Below, in pieces: positions 62,452 to 64,000 of a stretch of 64,000 bases of DNA. The notes under the pieces were generated by a model. The model had not been told where the DNA came from and made no database searches. It worked only from the letters and a program-made list of their open reading frames with translations. This DNA is from Antedon mediterranea (taxonomy: Eukaryota > Animalia > Echinodermata), in NCBI RefSeq assembly GCF_964355755.1, contig NC_092680.1, positions 62,001-126,000 of the forward strand, written 5' to 3'. Positions within the stretch are counted from its first letter, which is position 1, and each line of letters begins with the position of its first letter. Position numbers and translations under genes: made by a program.

Positions 62452-63911
62452 TCTATATATAAATTTACGTAAGGGCAAAATTCGGTAAATCGCGCGTTAT
62501 TTCTAGAATGTTTACTCGATGGTATATAAAGTTGGTTAGAATCTCGGTACTGATTTTAACCACCTGATGTAACCCTGTTTACTAATTAAATTGAGTTAGG
62601 TAATTAGTTATTGACAATTAAAATGAATTTAGGTTCAACGATTTGCCCCAAATAGGGGTGTTTTTCGATCGTGGTATACACTGTCTAATGGATGTCCGTC
62701 TTGAAAAATACCCACAGACAATAATACGAGGATGCTTCGCATTTTCCTATCTCCTCCTACGATAATTGTTTTTAATGGCTGAAAACCGGTTGAACAGCTC
62801 GAGTACAGCATCATAATATTGAAGACAGGCCGATTTTCTTTAAAAAATACTATTTTGATAGATTTAATATACGTTTATACAAATGTATTGATTTGCGATG
62901 AATGGAACATTCCAATCTCTGTTCCACAAGTGTCTATTCCCTCAGGCGTCGTAAAGGCAAGTACTGTATACTCATAACAGAAATTCGATCCATTTTTTTT
63001 TTTCAATCTGTGCTGCAGAGTTTGGATATAATTTTTTTTTAACGGATAATGAACTAGCGTTTTCAGTCGCCGTATATTATGTACAAATATTTATTATTGC
63101 ATTTAAACCACCCACATCATCACCCTTCCCTCACTGGCATGAGTAGCGTTGTAAAGCCAGTAGAGGATAGGCCTACGGTGCATCACATCCCCTAAACGCA
63201 GAACAACTTTGGTGGGTAGGGTAGGAACCAACTTAAGTATGAATTGGCTCTAAGAAACAATTGAAAACCATTAGGCCTACTAATAAAGTTGAGTTAGATA
63301 ATTTAATTTTTATTTGACGATTAAATCGATTTTATGATTTTTCCCGAATAGAGGTGGTTTTCACAAATTGTTTTACATTATATAAACATACACGTCGCAG
63401 TGATGTATCGTTACATGTACTGTACGATTTCAACTAGGACGGTGATAGTTTCAACTTATTTTATTTAAATATACTTAAATTATTACATAGCAATGTTTTA
63501 CTGTGTTTAGTGATATATTATTTGTAAAACATGAAAACAATTAATATTTCGTTACTAAATGGATAAAGAATATATTTAATATATTTAAAAATTGTTCCTC
63601 TCTGCACCCATCCTCTTCCCCATCCCTCACTCCTAATGTTACATACAAAACACAAATTAAGTTTGTTTAAATTTGACTTAAACAATTGTTCTCATTTTGT
63701 GACAAGTTTCTCTTTCGGAAGTAATTCTCAGGGTGCTAATTTTAGTTGAGTACATAAATCAGTGTCTATTTATTCGTTCCTGTAAACGACATGTATTATT
63801 GTACGTACATTTGAAATCGCCAGTTTTTTAACGCTGAAATTATTATGTATTCGAGAACCATCTGTGGGCACGACCTAGATGGTACGCGAGCGAAGCGGGC
63901 GTACCATCTAG
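62452..63911 (+). mobile_element. Non-autonomous Helitron
   Basis: a|TCtatatata start; 3' GC-rich hairpin (ctagatggtacgc...gcgtaccatctag) ending CTAG|t, consistent with insertion at an AT site. The 5' boundary is inferred. Confidence 0.55.
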
Positions 63912-64000
63912 TAAATAAAATAATTATAAATATCATTATTATATACTTCTACAACTGCAAGATTAAAAAAAACACTTTTTATGTTCATTTTTCATTTACT

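Overview
AT-rich metazoan (invertebrate, possibly echinoderm) genomic DNA. I could assemble three spliced genes from GT-AG junctions with consistent phases. (1) GKAP1 on the minus strand (9 coding exons, 8762-21537, ~329 aa). (2) Head-to-head with it, a 19-exon receptor tyrosine kinase (25470-44913, ~785 aa; signal peptide, two FN3-like domains, TSP1-like module, TM, non-RD HGDLAARN kinase). (3) An 8-exon perilipin/PAT-domain gene (48070-53832, ~419 aa). About a quarter of the window consists of roughly 16 unrelated, locally derived tandem arrays (25-142 bp units); most long ORFs in the track are artefacts of these. The most striking feature is that three arrays in the RTK gene amplify its own exon-intron junctions. 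A 96-bp unit (26 copies) builds a stop-free, in-frame ladder of alternative GT/GC splice donors at the kinase insert, each step adding 32 aa with YxN and YDxV motifs. A triplicated acceptor of the TM exon could yield kinase-less decoys. A 142-bp unit multiplies an FN3-exon donor about 17 times. One RTK intron holds a nest of Penelope-like elements with four hammerhead ribozyme motifs and a tRNA-Asp-like unit, all inserted in (TA)n that splits a CR1 remnant. Many non-autonomous DNA transposons are present (CAGGCC ends with 6-bp TSD, TGTTA ends with 5-bp TSD, Kolobok-like, Tc1/mariner-like, Helitron, Helentron-type), plus 22-32 bp palindromic micro-insertions with 5-bp TSDs. All gene and family calls come from motif recognition by eye; no database search was run.
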